In this document: positions 12,407-27,274 of the stretch, piece by piece
Numbering within the stretch: position 1 is the stretch's first letter
Layout of the letters: every line of letters starts with the position of its first letter
From: the human T2T-CHM13v2.0 reference genome, Homo sapiens
Assembly (NCBI RefSeq): GCF_009914755.1
Contig: NC_060925.1
Strand: one strand, 5' to 3'
Length of the DNA stretch: 64,000 bases
Notes under the pieces: generated by a model
What the model saw: only the letters and a program-made list of their open reading frames with translations
Databases searched by the model: none
What the model was told of the DNA's origin: nothing
Position numbers and translations under genes: made by a program

Positions 12407-12934
12407 CTGCATCTTCTATCTTTAGACACATGTAATTTCAGCTAAGGTTATTATGAATTGAACCAGGAGATCCAGAGTTATTTTGGCAGCTGTGAAAACA
12501 AAAGCAGTAATACTAAGCTTCTTTTATCCATTTAATTTGGAGCTTTTTCAAGGAGAAAAAGTAAATTTCAGTGTGCTTCCCATTTAAAGATGCCATGCAG
12601 AGAATGTTTTGTGTTTTCACAAGTCTTTCCAGTGGTTAAGGAGTGCTGTAACATAAGGGGTAGAACTGATAGCCTATTTCTGTCAGAGACACTATCTTAA
12701 TGGGTATATTGCTATTCAAGGTCTGATCTGTACTTGCAAACACAATAACCACTTCACTCAGAAATGAGCCAGCTATGGGAGATTGGACCCTACCAACTGT
12801 GGCCACTACTTAATTTCCAGCCAGGGAGATATCTCTGACCCAAGAGTGGAACAAGCAAGAGGCATCAAGCGGTTCCCTTCCAATAGGCAACACCATGCAG
12901 AAAAGAAAGCAACATTGAAAGTTAGTCCAGGCTT

Positions 12935-13069
12935 GGCCAGGCGCATTGGCTCATGCCTGTAATCCCAGAACTTTGGGAGGCTGAGGTGGGAGAATGACCT
13001 GAGTTTAAGACCTGCCTGGCCAATGTGGCGGAACCCCGTCTCTACTAAAAATACGAAAAAAAAAAAAAA
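12935..13069 (+). mobile_element. Alu left monomer only, with poly(A) and TSD
   Basis: GGCCAGGCGC..TCTACTAAAAATAC then an A-run; flanked by AAAG(T/G)TAGTCCAGGC. Confidence 0.85.
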
Positions 13070-13109
13070 GGTAGTCCAGGCAGTGTTTAAATCAGAGCTC
13101 CATCATTTT

Positions 13110-14872
13110 CTTTTTTGTTTTGTCTGTTTCTTACATCTTTTCCTGGCTCTTTATTTTTGAGTATGTTTTATGCTTTTTTTATTTTTAAAAGTTTGCTTTT
13201 TTTAAATTGACAGGTATCATTGTGTCCAACATGCTGTTTTGAAGTACATACACATTGTAGAATGGTTAAATTTAGGTAATTAACAAATACATTACCTCAC
13301 CTAGTTATCATTTTTGTGATGAGACCAAATAACCTTCAATCTCTTTATGTTTATCAAGAATACAATATTTCACCAACTGTAGTTGTGCTGCTGTACAATA
13401 GATCTCTTGAAATTTATTCCTCTTGTCTAACCATAATTATGTATCCTTTGACCAACATCTTCCCATTTCCCCCTCTCCTAACCATCTCTGCCTATGGCAA
13501 CCACCATTCTATTCCCAACTTCTATGTGATAACTTTGTAAAGATTTCACATGTGAGTGAGATCATGCAGTATTTGTCTTTCTGTGCCCAGCTTATTGCAC
13601 TTAACATAATATCCTCCAGGTTAATTGTTGCAAATGGCAGGATTTCATTCTTTTTATGGCTGAATAATATCCCATTGTGTATATACACCACATTTTCTTA
13701 TCCATTCATCCATTGATGGACACTTAGGTTGATTCCATGTCTTGGCTATTGTGAACAGTGCTGTGATTAACACAAGAGTGCAGATATCTCTGACATATTG
13801 ATTTCAATTTCTTTGGATATATACCCAGTAGTGGAGTTACTGGATCATATGGTAGTTCTATTTAAAATTTTTCGAGGAAACTTCATACTGTTTTTCATAA
13901 GGGCTGCATTAATTTACATTCCTGCTAATAGTATATAAGGGTTCCCTTTTCTCCACATCCTCCCCAGCACTTGTTCTGTTTTGTCTTTTTTATACTGTTC
14001 ATTCTAACTGGGTGAAATGGTATCTCATTGGGATTTTATTTTGCATTTCCCTGACAATTAGTGATGTTGAGCATATTTTCATATACCTGCTGGCCATTGT
14101 ATGTCTTCTTTTGGGAAATGCTTATTCAGGTCTTTTGCCTATTTTTTTTATCAGGTTATTTGGTCTTTTGCTGTTGTTTGCACTCCTTATATATTTTGAA
14201 TGTTAACTCTGAAATGTATAGTTTGCAAATATTTTCTCCCACTCTGCAGGTTGTCTCTTCTATCTGTTATTTCTTTTGCTGTGCAGAAGCTTTTTAGTTT
14301 GATGTAATCCCATTTGTCTACTTTTACATTTGTTGTCTGTACTTTTGAGGTCTTATCCAAAAAATCCTGGCCCAGACCAGTGTTATGAAATGATTCTCCT
14401 GTGTTGTCTTCTAGTCGTTTCATAGCTTCAGGTCTTACACTTAAGTCTTTAATCTATTTTGAGTTAATTTTGTATATGGCAAGAGAGGAAGGTCTAATTT
14501 TTTTAATTCTCCATGTGGATATCCAGTCTTCCCAATACCATTTATTGAAGAGGACTTTATTTCCCCATTATGTACTTGGTGTTTCAATAATGAGTTGGAT
14601 TTAAATGCATGGATTTAGTTCTGGGCTCTCTTTTCTGTTCCTTTGGTCTATGTGTCTGTTTTAATACCACACACTGTACCATGTTGTTTTGATTACTAGG
14701 ACTTTGTAGTATACTTTGAAATCAGGTAGTGTGACACCTCCAGCTTTGCTCTTTTTACTCAAGATTACTTTTGCTATTTGAGGTCTTTTGTGATTCCATA
14801 TGAATTTTAGGATTTTTTTTCTATTTCTGTTAAGCATATCACTGGTATTTTCAAACAGATTGCATTAAATCT
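13110..14872 (-). mobile_element. L1MA-type LINE-1 3' portion (ORF2 end plus 3'UTR)
   Basis: Minus-strand translations show ORF2 relics (KVDKWDYIKLKSFCTAKE; KKNEILPFAT); degenerate TSD AGCTC(C/T)A(T/C)CATTTTCT. Confidence 0.9.
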
Positions 14873-14923
14873 TCAGCTCTACCATTTTCTGATGGGTGAC
14901 TGAGGACATTACTTAACCTCTCT

Positions 14924-15152
14924 CTTTTTCTGAATTTTATTTTACTTCAAGTTCCAGGATACGTGTGCAGAACATGCAGGTTTGTTACACAGGTAAATGT
15001 GTGCCATGGTGGTTTGCTGCACCTATCACCCCATCACCTAGGTATTAAGCCCTACATGCATTAGTTATTTGTCCTGATGCTCTCCCTTCCCTGATGCCCC
15101 AACAGGCCCCAGTGTGTGTTGTTCCCCTGCCTGTGTCCATGTGTTCTCACTG
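14924..15152 (-). mobile_element. Short 5'-truncated L1PA 3' end inserted in a MIR
   Basis: GTGCAGAACATGCAGGTTTGTTACAC..GTGCCATGGTGGTTTGCTGCACC; TSD TACTTAACCTCTCT at 14910-14923 and 15153-15166. Confidence 0.9.
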
Positions 15153-18100
15153 TACTTAACCTCTCTTAGTCTGTTTCTTCATCTAAAAATGGGGCTTTTA
15201 ATACCTACCTCAGAAGGTTGTTATGAAAGTTAAGTAAGTTAATATACATAAAAGTTCTCAATAGGACCAAGCACATAGGTGCTCATTAATAAAACTAGTA
15301 AACAAATTATAGATCAGAAAATTATTTAGTGAATGCAGAATTAGAACACATAGTATGAGATATGTTTAACAGCTCTTTCTTTTGGGCTATGGAAGCCTAA
15401 TAAATTTTTTCTTTTTACTCTACAAAACTGGAACTGGTCAGTGAAAATGGCCTACCCTCTTTTCTGAACAAAAATAAAGATGTGGTGAGGGTTCCCATGT
15501 CCACATTTTTTAGTTCCAGGCTCTGTGCAGACCAACACCCTTTTTTGGAACTTGTCTTTGTAATACTACCCATCTTTACATCAACAATAGTTCAGATCCT
15601 TGACTTTACAGATGATTTTTCTTTCTTTATAATCAACAGGAAGATACTTAAACCCATTGGCAAAAAATACCCTATGTCTTAGGTTGAATTGCTTCTGACA
15701 TTTTTCTATATATTTTTATACAATTCTGTCACAAAAGGTGACAGTTTTTTCTTGGATTCTTGGATTATCTTGTTCTCTCACTAAACTTGTTTGTTGAGGG
15801 TTCCTCTAACTGCAAACAGATAGCCACCAAAATTTCTCCATCAATTAAAAACAACCAATAAATGTAGACTTTTAAGTTTTATCATGCAACATAAATGCAT
15901 TGAATACCTTCATGTTTATGAAGTAGGCAAAGAAGAACAATTTATAGCCCATGCTTTTAGGAAGTTTACTATCTAGACTCTAGATACTAGACTAGATACT
16001 ATCTAGACTCTAGATTCTAGAGGATGTAGGTATATAAATAAACAGCTACAACTTAAGGCAGAATGTAATACTCACTTTATATGAGATATGCAGAAAGAGC
16101 ACAGATGAAAGAAGTTATTTCTGATTTGGCTTTAAAATAAAGCAAAGTTTCCTGGAGAGGGGACATTTGCATCTTGAAGAATGGATAACATTTTGATGGA
16201 GAAAAAGAAGAGCTGGGCATTACAGAGGGAATGTCATGAAAATGAAAGAACTTGTTTGGGGAACAAGTAGTTAAGGTGGGCTATGATATGGGGGCAGGGG
16301 AAGCAACTTCATTTGAAGATAGAACTAAACAGAAAGAAGAAATCAGAACATGGAAATAAAGATCATGCCAAGAACTTTGAGATTTGTTGTGTAGGCAATG
16401 TGGCATGTTTAGAAGGCTTTGAGCCAAGAATTGGCATGATTACATCTACACTTTTAAAATAAATTATGCAATCAATAGCTTATTAGATAGTTTAAAAGAG
16501 AAAAGACTAAAACCTAGGCATACTATTTTCATTAACTCATTCATTTATTTATCATATATGTGTTGAGAACCCTATTAGGTGTCAGGTACCAGGGTCATGT
16601 ACAGTGTTTAATAAGACAGACACAGTCCCTGCACGCGTGCCTACGTACAAATCAGATGAAAAATAATTGGGCTCTGAACAGGAGGAGTGTGTGATTAAAA
16701 AGGGGTTCATTTTCCCTGTCTTCCCAGAGCTGTGGCTCAGAGGAGCTTAAATGACCTCTGAGTCACATCCTACCACATACATTTAATATTTTTTTCTAAC
16801 CAACAACTTAAGATCAATGATTTTTGCTATGATTTAGCCTATAAAAGCCTAGATTGGTCTGAATTTTATTCCAAGCATTAGGTACATAATATACTTTCTC
16901 ACATTCAAAAAGATATACCATATACATAATTGAATTAGGAATTCTGATATACAAGAATACATACTTGCAGATAAAGGCTGGATCATTAAAACTAGAAGCA
17001 ACCTTCCAGAATACGTTGGAAACTCTAATCATCAGATCAACTTAACCCCTTGGCATTTTATTTGGCCTACAATATTGGGTTCTGGTTGTTTTTGTTTTAT
17101 TTGAATTTGAACATCTTCAGGCAAGGCATTTATTCTCCAGTTCCTCACAGGCGCCGCGGTTCCTATTGTCTTACACCCAGACAATCCATTCACTTCTGTC
17201 ACCTATCTGACCCCCAGAGGCATTTGTGTTTGTCACCTGATACTTTCCCAACTCCTTTCTTGGCCATGAACCCCACAGCTGAGAAACATAAGAGCCAGAG
17301 AGATCCCAAGCCACCTCATGTCACAGTGTTAGTTTATGACAGAGACAAGACTTCCAAGCCATCCCACCTCCTGACATGACAGCAGAGGCTGGGCTGAGCC
17401 AGCTGACAGAACATTCCTGAGGGGTTACCTTACATCCTAGCAGCCACAGGAGTCGGCACATCAACCGGTCCTGCTCCAGAATGGCCAGTAATTCAAGACC
17501 CGGCCACAGACGAGACACAGGTGGTTCCTGTCAGGAACAGCATTTCCTGGTATGGGAAGCCTGTTCTCTCTGGGGATGCTTGGTCAGATGGGACAGTGGC
17601 AGCTTTGTCTTTTCATTAGAAATTCCTCCTGTTGTCCATCTACACAAGGGGAACTGACTGTGCAGTAGAATGACTAAAGAAAGATGCTAAAGTTGGAACT
17701 GGGGACAATCCAAGTTGGCGGCCACTGAATCACGAGGAGATTCTATACTGCCTTTTGTTCTTCCCTCCAGCTTGAGTGACTCAGTTGTTGAAATTTTGTG
17801 GCAAGACACCTGGAAGCCATTTGTCTTTTTTATTAAGGACTCATTCACGGGGTAAAAACGTAATAATGTTCATTTACCATCACTCCATTACCCAGAGCAC
17901 CAGATTGCTGCTAATTCAATGTGGTGCTGATTCAGTCATCGCATCACTGAGGCAACATTCTTCTGTGAAAGCTATTTATGTCCCGGCACCATTTGAAAGG
18001 CCCTTTAGATCCTTTTTGAAACATTCAAGTCCCAGAGAGGCAGCCTGATCTGCAGAGCACTGCACAGGATGTAGGTCTGAAAAGAGCCGCTTCAGAGTGA

Positions 18101-18597
18101 CGGCCAGCCAACTTGAGGTCAGGCCTTCAGGCTCAATGTGCGTCCCTCTTTTATCCTCAAACGTGCTTCAGAACGCATCTTTTCAGATTCAGAGAGTTAT
18201 GGCCAACCTCAGCTCTGTAACCACTCCCTGCGCACTGCAGGCAGGAAGAATTTAGAGGGACATGTCAGTAGCTGAACATGTGATAACACTGGCTTTAGAC
18301 TCACCCATAGCCTGGCATGAGAACTCAGTCATCCTGCACAGCTTCTCTGAGCCCCCAGTTTCTCCAACTCAACAAGAGGGTATTTACCCCACATTGAAAC
18401 GAGGCAAGTAAATTACAAAAAGAGGATAATGACCTAGTGGTGGGTAGTTGGACACCCAGCAGAAGCCGGTAGAGGGACAACACTGTAAGGCAATTTATAT
18501 AATGAAAAAGTCCTCAGCATTGCTTACCCCCACCTCTCTTTCTGAGGGGCAGAGGTCTCAGCTAAAAGAATGACCGCAAGGAAGAAAATAAAGCAAA

Positions 18598-19127
18598 CAC
18601 TTAGAAGTGAGAACATGCAGTGTTTGGTTTTCTGTTCCCATGTTAGTTTGCTAAGGATAATGGCCTCCAGCTCCATCCAAGTCCCTGCAAAGAACCTGAT
18701 CTCATTCTTTTTTATGGCTGCATATATTCCATAGTATTAATGTACCACATTTTCTTTATTTAGTCTGTTGTTGATGGACATTGAGATTGATTCTGTGTCT
18801 TGGCTATTGTGAATAGCGCTACAATGAACATACGTGTGCATGCGTCTTTATAATAGAATGACTTATATTCCTTTGGGTGCATGTTCTCACCTGTAAGTGG
18901 GAGCTAAATGATGAGAACACGTGGAAACATAGAGGGAAACAACACACACTGGGGCCTATCAGAGGGTGGAGGGTGGGAGGAAGGACAGGATCAGGAAAAA
19001 TAACTAATGGGTACTAGGCTTAATACCTGGGTGATGAAATAATCTACAACACACCCCCATGACACAAGTTTACCTATGTAACAAACCTGCACATGTACCC
19101 CTGCACTTCAAGGTTAAAAAAAAAAAA
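18598..19127 (+). mobile_element. L1PA (about PA11-13) with 5' inversion (twin priming)
   Basis: Inverted segment 18598-18878, forward 3'UTR plus poly(A) 18879-19127; TSD AAAA(T/G)AAAGCAAA at 18585-18597 and 19124-19136. Confidence 0.88.
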
Positions 19128-20569
19128 GAAAGCAAATGTTGTCCTTGCCTCCTCCCTCCTTCCCAAGCACCTCAGGTGAAATTAGCTGATAAGATGCTTG
19201 TGGAGAACTTTGAGCTCCTGGGAGATCAATGATATATGAATAGAAAGTGTTATTATTCTGCAAAACACTGGAGGATGGCTTCCCCGGAAGTCATCGTGTA
19301 CCAGCAGAGAATAAATGAAATAATTTCCTTTCCTCTGATCTCTGGCTAAAAGCTTCTAATCATTTAAGGAGGATTTAATCCACTAGTGGACTGTCCCCAT
19401 TTGAGGACTGCAGGGCTAAAGTTAGTACTGACCTGAACACGACAACCACAAGGGGGAATGGGCCGGAGTTCCTCTCCGTTGCTGCAAGCTGGTTGCCTGC
19501 CAGCTTGCAGTTTCTTCCCCAGAGTTGGGGAGACACAGTCCATCAGGGTTTCTCCTTTGAAATGCCTTCAAGCTAGAACAGGCTTGGGAAAAACTCTCCA
19601 CTCCAATTTCTGATGCTTTTCTTCAGGGGGCCTACTCTTACCCATTTGCGGGTGGAGGGCGGTTGGGAGGGGGCTTGCGCTCAGCTGTTAGTCATAACTC
19701 CAGTTACAGCGTGCCCTCTTGTAAGCAGAACCAATTTTAAGGCTCCAGGGAAGAGTCTTGCCAGGTGCTAAGAAAGAAATTTTGAGGCTGGCAGGCTCAC
19801 TCTTTACCCATAAAATTGTTCCATAAAAGTGGCTTCCAATTCCAGCCTCCGTATTAGTCTGTTTCCAAAGGCTACAACTGCACGGTCCAGAGGGAAAGAA
19901 GCAAGACAGGGAGTGAACACGTGGCATGAGGATTGATGGAAAGAACTGGGGATGCTTCCCTTGGAGAAGGGGTAGCTCAGGGAGATGCACAAGTGCTTTT
20001 AAATATGTGAATGTGTGTTCTTGTAGTTTGGCTTTTAGGATAACAAACAGAAACCCACTTGAGCTAGCTCAAGTAAAGCAAGATTGTTGTAGGGCTTCTT
20101 GTGGTACAATAAAAGGACTCCCAGGGAAATTCAAAAGATGGAGCCATAATAGGCTTGGGAATCCCAGATAAATGAGTGGGAGAGTGGATCTGAATTGAAG
20201 GTACTCTAGACACTCAAGTAGCGAAGCACTAATACCTTTATTACTGATAAGTCACTCTAAACATGACTCATCTACAGGCCACCCATCCACTTTTTCCTGT
20301 TCCTTAACAGCTAGCAAATTATTTCCAAGTTGCTTCATTTAAATACCACAGAGTGAGAGCCCACCTGAGTGACAGATTGCAGAATAGCCATAGACTACCA
20401 TTGATCAGGGATCTATCTACCTGTCACCCAATCAGCTGTAACAAGAGGGTTGGACTAAGTGCTATGAAAAATATTGCTCCCACCCTGGCAACCTGAACTG
20501 TAAGCTGGGCAGCAAGCAGCAACTTCTCAAATGAGAAGGGCACAGGAGAATGGGCAGACTGGCATGGAG

Positions 20570-20795
20570 ATAAACAGCATAGATCCTGGAGTCACACTGT
20601 CCGGTCCGAATTCCTGCACACCACTTCTTCACTGGATAAAGACAGTCACTTGGCTTCTCTGTGTTTCAGTTTACTCATCTGTAAGATGGGAAAAATAAAT
20701 AAAGTTGTTGAAAGAATTAATTAGACAATCCACATAAAGCACTTAAAATGATGTCCGGCAGAGTAGTATTCAATAAACGTTGGCTATTATTATTC
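20570..20795 (+). mobile_element. MIR
   Basis: CTCTGTGTTTCAGTTTACTCATCTGTAAGATGGG core. Confidence 0.7.
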
Positions 20796-20804
20796 TCTCC
20801 AATA

Positions 20805-20970
20805 CAGTGCTTCTTCAAATTTTGTGTGAATATGAATTACTTAGGGAGTTTGTTAAAATGCAGATTCTGATTCTGTAGGTATAGGATGAGACATGAGATT
20901 CTGCGTGTCTAACCAGCCTCCAAGTGATACCAATGTTTCTGGTCCACAACCCACAATTTGAATAGCCAGG
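20805..20970. mobile_element. MER5B-like
   Basis: GAGTTTGTTAAAATGCAGATTCTGATTCTGTAGGT..GAGATTCTGC. Confidence 0.7.
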
Positions 20971-21139
20971 ATCTAGTATGTAGGACATGAGACAGAGGGA
21001 GGAGACTGGCTCTAAGGAAAAGAACTAGAAAAACATGACAGAAGTGCATATACATATTATAAACTTTCTATCAATTCAAATGGTTTTTAAATGGAAATTT
21101 ATGGGCTGTTTGAAAAGATAGTGCATTCCCTCTCTCAGG

Positions 21140-21642
<503 letters not shown>

Positions 21643-21922
21643 ACTGGATGTGATCATGGGGATAAAGAATGAAGATGGAAAACTCTAAGATTCCTTGCAG
21701 ATTTGAGTCAATGTTTCTTTAAGATTCTATGACAATGCTCTGCTATCTATATTCCCTAGCTATAAAGTCACACCTGCAAACACTCACTTTCTGCTTGTCT
21801 CACATCTTCACACATAGACTAACATTGCTTATCATTGGCCATAAATCAGCAGTTTACAAACCACCCCTAGAATCTACCTCTGCCTTCTCCCTGTTTGCTT
21901 CCAAAATAAAGAAGTTATTATT

Positions 21923-22359
<437 letters not shown>

Positions 22360-22436
22360 TTATTCTTATTTTTAAGGTTGGAAATAAAGCCAAGAAAAGA
22401 TTAAATGAGAGCTGTGCTTTAAAACTCAGTGGGAGA

Positions 22437-22738
<302 letters not shown>

Positions 22739-23289
22739 CTCAGTGTGAGAGAAAAACATTACTAAGTCTATGGCTATGATTATTATTATTATTATAGTTA
22801 TCAGTGGAAAACATACATCCAGCACTCATAAATAACAAAGGCAGTGATTCTCAATTGGTACAAACTGGAACTCCTTATGTAGCATTAAACAGATGCCTAG
22901 GCCCTACCCCAAACCTTCCCTCTCAGAATACTCAGAGAACAGAGCTCCAGCCCTGTGTTTTGAAAAAACTCCCACCATTATGAGGGCTTAAAACCACTGT
23001 GTCATGGCATGGAGAAGAATATTGCAGAATCTCAGGAAGGAGAAAGTTCCAAGGAGGGAACGGTTTGGTGTCTGAGGCTGCAGAGAGATGGAGTAATATA
23101 AAAATGGGAAAAAGTCCTTCGAACCTGGGGGAACATTGGTGACTTTGGTGAGAATAGTCACCCTGGGTCATGAGGGTAAAAACCATCCTACAAAGATTGC
23201 TTACTCTTATACACAGTTAGATATTTGAGGGATCATAAAATTAAGACACGAATGGAAGATTAAAAAATAGACAGGGAATATAGACTTAA

Positions 23290-23505
23290 ACAGGGGTACA
23301 TGTGGACACACAGAGTGGAATAACAGACATGGAGACTCCAAAAGATGAGAAGGCTGGGAGGAGGGCGAGGAGTAAAAAATTACACATTTTGTACAATGTA
23401 AACTATTCAGGGGATGGGTACACTAAAAGGCCAGATTTTACCACTATGCAGTATACCATGTAACAAAGCTGCACTTGTACCCTCTAAATTTATAAAAATA
23501 CATTT
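23290..23505 (+). mobile_element. L1MA 3'UTR fragment
   Basis: GATGGGTACACTAAAAGGCCAGATTTTACCACTATGCA..GTAACAAAGCTGCACTTGTACCC. Confidence 0.8.
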
Positions 23506-23512
23506 TGTAAAA

Positions 23513-24551
<1,039 letters not shown>

Positions 24552-25639
24552 CTAACTTAACTGACAGAAGCTGCTTTCTGGAAATTTCTACCCTAGGCCC
24601 TCAGCCACGAACAGGTGCTATTCCATTCCTACTATACCCAAATCATTATGTTGTATTTGCTCTCCTGCCAACTCTTTCTTATCCCTTGAAAGTGAGGGCT
24701 AAGAAGCAGAGAAGCAAGAAAAGAGACCCTGGGAAGGTATCATTGTTCACTGCTCCTCTCCCTGCTCACGTACTTTTGTCATTTAGAATAAACCCGCTGG
24801 ACACTAGAGCAGGAAGACACCATAAAACAGTGTTCTCCCGATGCCAGGCCACAGATCAGGGCTGCTCAGATCAGATCTTTAACGAGGCCCCAGTGAAGTG
24901 GGAAAATTAATGACAAGGTACCGAGTATGTTACAAAACTAATACATCCAATTTCAAAGAATGTTCTTTTTTTGAGATTATTACTTTCCTATATTTTTATA
25001 TTAAAATGTCCTTTCTTTTATGAAACAGTACTGATGCTAGATAAAAATTTTATTTTTGTATTTTAATATCCTTACTTGGCAATGTAAAGTATTACAAGTC
25101 CTGTGTCTGTTTTCCAATTTTAAAAATTATTTTTATTGCTTTGCGAAGTCCAAAATACTGAGAAGTGCTGCCTTACATGTTTGTTTTATTCACTCCTCTC
25201 CTTTTAGAGATGAATTCCCGAGAAGGTGCTGTGACTTCTGTTCCAGCATATTGGTTTAGAAAGAAAAGCTTCAGAGTCTGATTTTGAGACCTGGATTTGG
25301 CCTCTGGCTCTGCCACTTTCCACCTATGTGATCTCTCCGAGCCTCAATTTTATCATCCATAAAGTAAGAATCATTTCTACCTCATGAGACAATTGAAAGA
25401 TTTACATAAGATAATGCATATAAGAGCACTTTCCATGCTGCTAAATAAAGTCATTATTATTACGATGATCATCACCATCCTTTTTATTATTGTTACTCAA
25501 TATTACCTGGTTAACGGCAGAAGTTGGTCTAGTCTTTCGGCTTCCACACTGGCTGACTCTGTCCAGTGACCTTCAAACTACTGCTTAGTGAATCCACCTT
25601 GGGTTGCTTCTTATTTAGCTCAAGAAATGTTAACTGTTT

Positions 25640-26130
25640 ATTTACTATTCCTGCCAAAATCACATAACCTGACTCTAATTATGTAATGATGAGGAAACAT
25701 CAGACAAAACCCAGTTTCAGTGACTCTTGTATAGAGTCAATTCTTTTTTATAAAGAATTGGCCTGATTTCTTCAAAAATGTCAAGGTCCTGAAAATCAAA
25801 GAAAGTTCAGAAAACCCAATGATATGCATAATTCTGGATTGAATCCTGGATGGAAGAAAAGCACTGGTATAAAAAAAACTTACGGAGAAAATTAGCAAAA
25901 TGTGAATAAGGTCTGTAGATTAAATAGTAGTATATCAATGGTCAATATTCTGAGTTAATATTCTTCTTAGAAAATTTATACAGACGTATTTAAGGACAAA
26001 GGGACATGATTTCTAAAACTTGCCAAATAGTTCAGAAAAAAAAAAAATATATATATATATAATACATATGTCTATATTGCCTGAAGAGAGGGGGAAATTA
26101 ACAAAGAAAAGTTGGCAAAACATTGAAAGT
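25640..26130 (+). mobile_element. L1MC/ME 3' fragment
   Basis: GAGGAAACATCAGACAAAACCC..TGGCCTG..TTCAAAAATGTCAAGGTC..CTGGATTGAATCCTGGA. Confidence 0.65.
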
Positions 26131-26412
26131 ACCCATTACATGTAAAGCACTATGTGTGATAATAACACCTGACATATGTAGGACTTTACAGTTGACAACA
26201 TCCTTTCACATGACTGCTCATTTGAATTGATTATCACTGAATTCTCAGTGAAATACAATGAAGCTAGGTCTCATGGGAGGGTGAGGAGGAAGGGCCTCAA
26301 CTTTCAGCCAGGAAGGCAAAAATCTATAAACAGGTTTTTTAAAAAATTACTTCCCTAGAGTATTCTTTGTGTTTATCATTTTATCTTATAAACACAGAGG
26401 GATTTGGCCTTC

Positions 26413-26915
26413 TGTTAGGGGCCAGATTTTGACTAAGATATGGCTGTTTCTTTTTTTTTTTTGAGGTTGGAGCAAAAGTTTAATAAGTGAAGGAAGAAAG
26501 CTCTCTGCTGCAGAGAGAAGACCAGAAAGAGGGTTGCCATTTTCAGAGTTGAATGCAAAGGCTTTTATAAGAAACCGAGAAGGACTGAACATCTCATTTG
26601 CATAAGGTGTGAATTTCTGGTAGCTCCACCCTGTCCTCCTAGTGCATATGCAGGCCCCTAGCTTGAGCTACTCCATATTGCTTTGTTCCCCTTACTGTAC
26701 ATGTGTCAGGGGATGTAATTTTCCATTGCTGGCATGTCTGGGCAAGTCCCCTGTGTAGCCTTTCTTATTTGTGTGGCTGGGAGCATGTCTTAGGCAAGTC
26801 CCCCTGTGCAAGTTCCCTTATCTATGCCTGCAGTCTGTTCTTTTCTTTGAAATAATTCAACCAAGGACCCACCCTAACTGCCTGCCTGTCTGGTTTCTTC
26901 CTTTCTCCTCTCTCA
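26413..26915 (-). mobile_element. ERV1-class LTR (MER83/MER61-like) with a short adjoining internal remnant
   Basis: Minus strand runs TGAGAGAGGAGAAAGGAAGAAACCAG ... TAACA. A purine tract GAGGGGGGTAA immediately precedes it. Contains TATA-like TTATAAAA and poly(A)-signal-like ATTAAA. Confidence 0.75.
26730..26801. promoter_or_regulatory. Two p53-consensus response elements within the LTR
   Basis: TGGCATGTCT-GGGCAAGTCC (26730-26749; no spacer, 1 mismatch to RRRCWWGYYY x2) and GAGCATGTCT-T-AGGCAAGTCC (26781-26801; no mismatch, 1-bp spacer). Confidence 0.6.
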
Positions 26916-27274
26916 TTACCCCCCTCAGGAGTGGAGACCCTAGATACGGCTTTTTAATCACTCTATTCACTTATTCAGAGTATATAGACTCATATTGTGA
27001 GAGGTACCTCAGTACTGACATCACCTGAGGAAATAAGAAGTTCGTGTCTTCTGGCTCATACTCACTTCAGATCTGATGCTCATTCCTTGAGTTGAATGTT
27101 CAACAAAATTGCTCCCATATTTAAATCTCTCTCTCTCTCTACCTTAGTGAACTGGTTTGGTTCTGCTGAATTCATGTGGTTGAATTAGAGACAGATGAAC
27201 ACACAATAATGGGTCTCAGGCAGGACAGTGTGCAGGAATTGGTTGACTGTGGCTCAACATCCATTCTCACCTAT

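Noticed and set aside
13316-14604. ORFs with LINE-1 ORF2-like peptides
   Set aside because: Frameshifted fragments of a dead L1MA.
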